A stretch of 53,956 bases of DNA from NCBI RefSeq assembly GCF_001194135.2, contig NC_068982.1, forward strand, positions 15,016,338-15,070,293, in the 5' to 3' direction. The DNA is from Octopus bimaculoides. Taxonomy: Eukaryota. Each line of letters begins with the position of its first letter. Position 1 is the stretch's first letter. A program made the translations under genes and the position numbers. Shown here piece by piece: positions 50,401-53,956 of this stretch. The notes beneath the pieces are model-generated. The model was not told the DNA's origin and did not search any database. It saw only the letters and a list, made by a program, of their open reading frames with translations.

Positions 50401-52660
50401 TCTGTCCCAAGCAACTTCGGCACATACTCTTGCTAGAACAATACAGTGGATTAAATCTAGAAGTTTGCTTATCATTGGCAAATGTTTGCTCAATTTGTCA
50501 TTCTTAAAACAAGCAGATCCGTCCCTATTATGGTCATTGTTTGATATAGAGCCAGATACTGAAAATGTAGAATCTGATGAAAGCAAAGAAGGAAAAAGTA
50601 CATTTTTTAATCACTTAAATCAAATTCCAAAATTATCCAGGAAAATTAAAGAAATTAAATGGAAGGAGGACATTTCCTTGTGTTATTTTACTCAAGCAGC
50701 TGAATGTTTAACTCAAGCTTTAAATACTGCTTTTCAACTTAAACGAACAAATGTAATTATGCAGGCTTCATACGAACTTATGAACTCAATTGGTCAATTT
50801 GATGTTATTACTTCATCTCATTTCCTTGCTTTGTATCAAAGTTGTCAGGCATCTTGTCATTTAAAGAAATTGCTCAGAATCAGCCAACCAAACCCTTATA
50901 GTTGTCGCTTGGCTGCACTTCTGCATCAAAGAAAACACATGTTAAATAATTATGTTGAGAAAAACCTCATCTGCACTGATACTTTTTCTTCGGTAACAAA
51001 TTCATTGGAAACAGAGTGGCAGGCTTGGAAAAGTACAATGATTTTAACAAATCATTTTGATGCAGCAAAGGAATTCCCTTTCAACTTCAACTTTATAGTT
51101 CTACAGCATTCACCTGACAAAAATTTTATATTTTATAGTCTCCTGGACAAGTACAAATCAGTCAAAAGTGCAGCAGCCCCTAAACAACCAATATTAAGTA
51201 CAACACAGAGTATATTAAAACGATCTTCTCTGGCAAAATTCAGAGTTAATCCCAATAAACTACACCAGCTTCTAAACATGTTAAAGCTTTATAAAAAAGA
51301 TGTCAGGCAAGCATTGCTCAAAAGAGAATTCCAAATAAAAAATCAGTCTGACTATAAAAACATGCTTGATACTTTAAAATTTGAACCTTGTGATTCAACT
51401 ATATCAGAAAGTCTTGTGATTGAGAATGATGATGAGTGGATGCAGGAAAAATTTGAAGAAATTGTTGCCTTAATGGAAGATTATTTTGCTGCTGTACTTC
51501 AGCCACTGCGAACAGCTTTGCAACAGACTTTTGCACCATCATGTTCGAGCACTGTTTTTAAAGAAAGTTCGGACAATGGTTGTATTATTATTTTAGCTGA
51601 TTCAGACTTGCTTGAACTTCCTCTGGAATCTTTGAGTGTATTTCGTGAATTTGAAAATATAATATCTGTGTCACGAGACATTTCTTTGCAATTATTTTAT
51701 CATAGATTCCACCAAGACGAAGTCTCTGAGGAAACTAAAGACAAAAAGAAAGATAAAAAACAACACCCACAGCCACCACCACAACCAACCCGTATACCAG
51801 TAAGTAAAGAAACTGGCAAGAAACGGAAGAGAGAGCTTGTTGATCATGTAATGCCACCATGGGGTCAATCTATTGATACAGATTCATTCAAATACATGGT
51901 AGATGTCAATTATGAATTTAATGAACCTGAAGAAAATGATCTCTGTAAGATTTTTAAATCTCTCTTAGCTGAATATGAACACTATTATACATCCCAATGG
52001 ATTGGACTTAGTGGAGATATTCGAAATGCAAGCACTGGAGAATGGGAAACATATCTAAATGAAAGTGGATCTTTCATTTTCCTTGCTCCTTACAAAATAA
52101 CATCTTATTTAAATCCAATAAAAATTCCTGCTTTTAATATTTCAAACTGTATGTTGGTATGTCAGTTTGATTTAAGTGAAAATTATTCAAGCTATAGACA
52201 CCTTTCCCTTCATGATGCTTTAAAATCAGATGAAATTTTATCTTTGGAAAATCCAGTTTCAATAGCATTACTGCTTAGTCTAGCAGGAGTACATTGCATC
52301 ATGGGTAATCAATGGTCATGCCAACTCAATCACAACATAAAGCAGTTGAGGACAGCCATGAAATGTTTGTTGTCTCATGGGTATTCTACTGGGGAAACAC
52401 TTCGACATATTCAGGTACCACTTTTGAAGATGGAGACAAAACGTAGCACAGAAGACAATCTTAACAAACAAGATAAAAAGTCTGGTAAAAAACCTTCTAA
52501 ATCTGATAAGAAAAAAGATGCGAAATTAGGTGTAACAGCTAGTTGTACATCTATCAGTCCTATAAAATCCTGTACACTAATTGATGACAAAGAAGTAAGA
52601 CCTAACTGGTTTAACATGGTGTGCTATGGACTACCAAATTTATTTGTGACACAGACTTAA
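44429..52660 (+). CDS. CFAP46: Cilia- and flagella-associated protein 46 (TTC40), single uninterrupted ORF of 2743 aa
   Basis: N-terminal motifs (YNASLLYWRLCHPFLRPG, LIEMYLKTGRKSEA, CGCVTLWNLSLPLLQ, HLWADLSKVARKH, NAATYLWNYNLH) and the C-terminal YGLPNL match CFAP46 as recalled. The length equals a full-length orthologue and there is no stop or frameshift. Confidence 0.93.
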   Translation: MDVEVKYLMDYVSNCNDIEECQKYIRRAFDIILQIDHLQFTTDLPHATSTNILIQCSDLAIKNAAYDIAEECLNLFFTRAVATDPNRCVAYLYMAQLSAPTNIFDTSHLEKAGQHITRAINLAVKNPALQNEIYNASLLYWRLCHPFLRPGFYQYVVNTLHVIVKAINDLIDINYNWKAILFITLIEMYLKTGRKSEAVEIAKTAIVFVKKYALPFFKRIFELIVRYQLVDSIINQAQIKNSPELLIFYTIMKLNYTSETKDIRREINKVMVQLNIAAQSSDNFGYVEESAHISTSPREGKKRTPRDLIRHKSRYVSEDNLERQYLLLELTRLCLKYNLVPYAQKCIQAAKKSSNYKKGFYTQFKFAESEIMVKLLGVNQESYSRKSVKIRLKAIKLCEENITIAMQQHDAHSVQCGCVTLWNLSLPLLQSNLRCHLSKPLTLVAQALEDIQSLFIQLRCQVHRELALCEEKEHIKIAISHLKKAIALDGSKVYHNQLSLKLNRLTLLSEMYFNPDNPEDIAGKIIEQAREVKSLGTKEGMRALLIKAGITLAPDAFQTVLDSESLLYEKVKLSPNTTDQLAERVQKYNANIKKIDGHLLRIGDRCDYIRMHLWADLSKVARKHGAWDVCRTAAMFCLLYDDNRWLAAYKDVSVTATECSSADSTLKSEENMEEISTSRKKKSTIDKLPLSEREHVRLLAEINFIQGEACLNLLYQENVKLNDLPVYPQDYSKHGKNYEAADPAEDKDWELYCQWIQQMNSKITSSFLRGLILGYNLNDSYIVGNAATYLWNYNLHIIEQNRQSEIVGCFATLLEGMQKVDYSEFIILLINICINLATGLMMPWMPSIPDRNTESPIRLYAYPEKSNVPKTQSKLPLVLIPPQALPDLKRAIEVCEYAIDITNKKKQIFSIPLPIKASLLKTWVIAKQMSQQQINRNSIRDDDPEKQLSQIIVDIEMYTHTKNGVMEFKDLLPLPNLVTTVLKHHWRDDFLKLQLCTQLAEILYNYKNYELVIKIAKAVTASYLTETSVVCAKERTGSGINNNHIEEKVSYLFLLMGQSTTENMEGQTDRWEAINNFIKAAEFSIPSHNYHILMKAAKNYWNTILPLINISSERKSLKASLQEILSYISKVTNKITELNSIEKTNSYVPDPNRITFYGYIGRNWESDPVLINDNDDDQKLQVSLYNVLCDSYEDSNDWKTVIKILNTAIADLPHSYHKIQLFRRRIMVKAKLGENMLMDLQRFRDEKEDFVAVMWRDIALHSNKLSEQCIAYQKAIESLSSKEYNWQKIDYLLEFSEWLYTYQMPEQIVVDQIEWAIDILMSMTPEINRENLGNKTPRISAFQFVEDTTLQDTENLPNSNINENVEQRDVHFYVPQEKEIIIGAPLQDCTEATGRMNNVKQLNYLIKSYVFLCAIYTPASPFYQKYSLFAYSLTIRLWQVCIAAALNFYLEVPKTNSVNVKDSAVSNKIDGTSKQKVKDKKEKNENCISPTKEKNKKKFLSTNVSSLTSEEWAVFEVPCDLEEIFTHQSLETTGINEKTFPAPMISLYYFDKLVTNLQNIGFHHLTLPVLALNHIIASFVAHSKSFVLYTHCKRMELCAELNLPQCSSFHENAINQVSGIAPNELIEIREKFYEYVQERNNYCNRSDISSEAENEKLLHKCHLGHYFQDTFVYQIWTKTAEALIEQTHYQLARKYLSEAYKFAVGFKDIFYQGKLCFLKAKLASVEAQYKDAFDLCMKAEDIMVGDMEYWYEIAMLKTDAALHTFPKNGYEFVEQFLQRIIKEFEKLSLIRPNQALGYRYTIALIQAKLGEVQIKYYIGRYNDLPLAPLQEVFQSPLNYFNISTEFLLKHKYTKAAVKVMHNHAKLLHQIALATTNDTNSLQLYYLHSVKVFTQAIEHARAIFYDIMMILPKDFNLSLPIHRELSNLQRSCAEVMVEIQTIQTNHEIEKIQKHQHDIERIKLEEEFINKSPDCLETEKEWKRSRQWIANEILSQATSAHTLARTIQWIKSRSLLIIGKCLLNLSFLKQADPSLLWSLFDIEPDTENVESDESKEGKSTFFNHLNQIPKLSRKIKEIKWKEDISLCYFTQAAECLTQALNTAFQLKRTNVIMQASYELMNSIGQFDVITSSHFLALYQSCQASCHLKKLLRISQPNPYSCRLAALLHQRKHMLNNYVEKNLICTDTFSSVTNSLETEWQAWKSTMILTNHFDAAKEFPFNFNFIVLQHSPDKNFIFYSLLDKYKSVKSAAAPKQPILSTTQSILKRSSLAKFRVNPNKLHQLLNMLKLYKKDVRQALLKREFQIKNQSDYKNMLDTLKFEPCDSTISESLVIENDDEWMQEKFEEIVALMEDYFAAVLQPLRTALQQTFAPSCSSTVFKESSDNGCIIILADSDLLELPLESLSVFREFENIISVSRDISLQLFYHRFHQDEVSEETKDKKKDKKQHPQPPPQPTRIPVSKETGKKRKRELVDHVMPPWGQSIDTDSFKYMVDVNYEFNEPEENDLCKIFKSLLAEYEHYYTSQWIGLSGDIRNASTGEWETYLNESGSFIFLAPYKITSYLNPIKIPAFNISNCMLVCQFDLSENYSSYRHLSLHDALKSDEILSLENPVSIALLLSLAGVHCIMGNQWSCQLNHNIKQLRTAMKCLLSHGYSTGETLRHIQVPLLKMETKRSTEDNLNKQDKKSGKKPSKSDKKKDAKLGVTASCTSISPIKSCTLIDDKEVRPNWFNMVCYGLPNLFVTQT

Positions 52661-52674
52661 AAAAGGAAAAGAAA

Positions 52675-52680
52675 AATAAA
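52675..52680 (+). promoter_or_regulatory. Candidate CFAP46 polyadenylation signal (a second AATAAA lies at 52933-52938)
   Basis: AATAAA 14 nt after the stop codon. Confidence 0.35.
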
Positions 52681-52769
52681 CATTACTATTCTATATTTCT
52701 GAAATGAGGAATTTATATTATGCATTCTGCTTTTATTAGTCAGGCTAATGTCCTGATCTGAATTGTTGC

Positions 52770-52896
52770 TTTCACTATACATTTCAGCTGCTGTATTCTC
52801 CAGCCTTCTTCAGGTATCTTCTGCTGTACAACAACTGAGTTCAACACAAGATTCTTGAAGAAGGCCGGAGCATATGATAGCTGAAATGTAGTGAAA
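52770..52896. repeat. Fold-back palindrome of two opposed hammerhead-like motifs downstream of CFAP46
   Basis: Arms 52770-52814 and 52854-52896 are near reverse complements with a 39-nt spacer. Each arm reads (C/U)UGAAGA-A-GGC...GCU-GAAAUG on its own strand. Confidence 0.8.
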
Positions 52897-53276
52897 TCAC
52901 ACCAATCTGACTCATATAAACGGTATATGTAAAATAAATGTTGATTTAAAAATTCTCAGGGAAGATGAAACACATTTTAAGTGAATTTTAATGATCACTT
53001 CTTTCTCTCATATAATTCCACTCACATCCAGAATGCATTATCGGAATCAACTCCAGAACATGACTGGTATGTAATTTTATCAATCCCTGAAGAAACAAAT
53101 TTAACCTCAGCAAGATTTGAACTCAAAACATTAGAGGCTGTAACTAACCGCAACAATTTTGTCAGTCCACCACCAAAAGCTTCAATAGATCTTCTGACTT
53201 TGATAAATATATTGTTTTCGTTTTATTGTTAATTCATCTTTAAGAGTAAAACAAAATAATAAAACAGTCTAATTTG

Positions 53277-53470
53277 TATATATAAAACTGCTTGTTTGTT
53301 TGTCTGTTTGTTATCACTCAAAAATCAGTTAACCAATCATGTTCAAATTTGGCATGAAAGGTTCTTAGACTCAGCTATACATTGTTTTCAAATTTGGACC
53401 TATATTCTCTTAAGGGACAAGAAACAGTCCTCATTCAACATAAATTTGGCAGACAAGAGTGATAGGTGGC
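53277..53470 (+). mobile_element. Possible Helitron-like non-autonomous 5' end
   Basis: tatataaaactg, a (TTTG/TCTG)n microsatellite, then aaccaatcatgttcaaatttggcat, a layout seen in Helitron-type repeats. Resemblance only. Confidence 0.35.
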
Positions 53471-53738
53471 TCACATAATTTGGAATTTCTCCGTTTTGAT
53501 GGGGATTTTTCAGATTTATTTTTCACAGTGCCCTTGGAAATAATCCGGAGCATCTTTTTAACAAAAACAAAAACTGGTTCTTTTAACCCCACCCTCCCAA
53601 TCTTCCCCTCTCCAGATCGATTTTGGTCGACTTTGTGGGCACTATGTGCGATGATTTTTTTTTTGGAGCACTACGTACTTAAAAATTATTGGAGAAGCCT
53701 TTCTGATAAAAAAAAAAAAATGCAAATATTTTCAGACA

Positions 53739-53910
53739 AAAAGGTATGGGATTAAAGGGAGATTTGGCTGTTGTTTCTATTGCATAAACTCATTTATACT
53801 ATCAAAAAAAATATTTTGGAAAATTTATAATTTTCATCAACCCTAAACCTCACCGGTCATGGGATATGCTAGAAACAACAGCCAAATTTCCCTTTAGTCA
53901 CACACCTTTT
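53739..53910. mobile_element. MITE with ~40-bp TIRs
   Basis: aaaaggtatgggattaaagggagatttggctgttgtttcta and tagaaacaacagccaaatttccctttagtcacacacctttt are near reverse complements. Confidence 0.8.
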
Positions 53911-53956
53911 CATCTGAAAATATTTCCTTTTTTTTTAACCGTAAACACTTCTATAG

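Noticed and set aside
45068-52617. Short minus-strand ORFs inside CFAP46
   Set aside because: Antisense shadows of a long coding region.
52661-52680. A-rich tract after the CFAP46 stop as a retroposed poly(A) remnant
   Set aside because: It sits before or overlaps the first AATAAA, is short, and no TSD was found.

Overview
This is AT-rich, microsatellite-dense and SINE-dense animal genomic DNA with four N gaps. The SINE families look like those of Octopus, but that assignment is an inference from memory. Two genes can be supported, both on the + strand. (1) The 3' part of a LIV-1 family zinc transporter, SLC39A13/ZIP13: five exons with clean GT-AG sites and consistent phases (8418-28078). 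The expected TM4 exon is not visible and probably falls in the 9880-10217 gap. (2) A complete CFAP46 (ciliary central-pair protein, 2743 aa) encoded by one uninterrupted 8.2 kb ORF, preceded by an RFX X-box + forkhead + CRE-like promoter module. The rest is tRNA-derived SINEs (often nested or inverted), RTE-type LINE relics, Tc1/pogo-, hAT- and piggyBac-type MITEs, and simple repeats. The least expected signal is a set of six minimal type-I hammerhead ribozyme-like motifs of the Penelope-associated kind. Three of them sit inside 130-230 bp fold-back palindromes, three cluster within 750 bp in a ZIP13 intron, and one pair lies just 3' of CFAP46.
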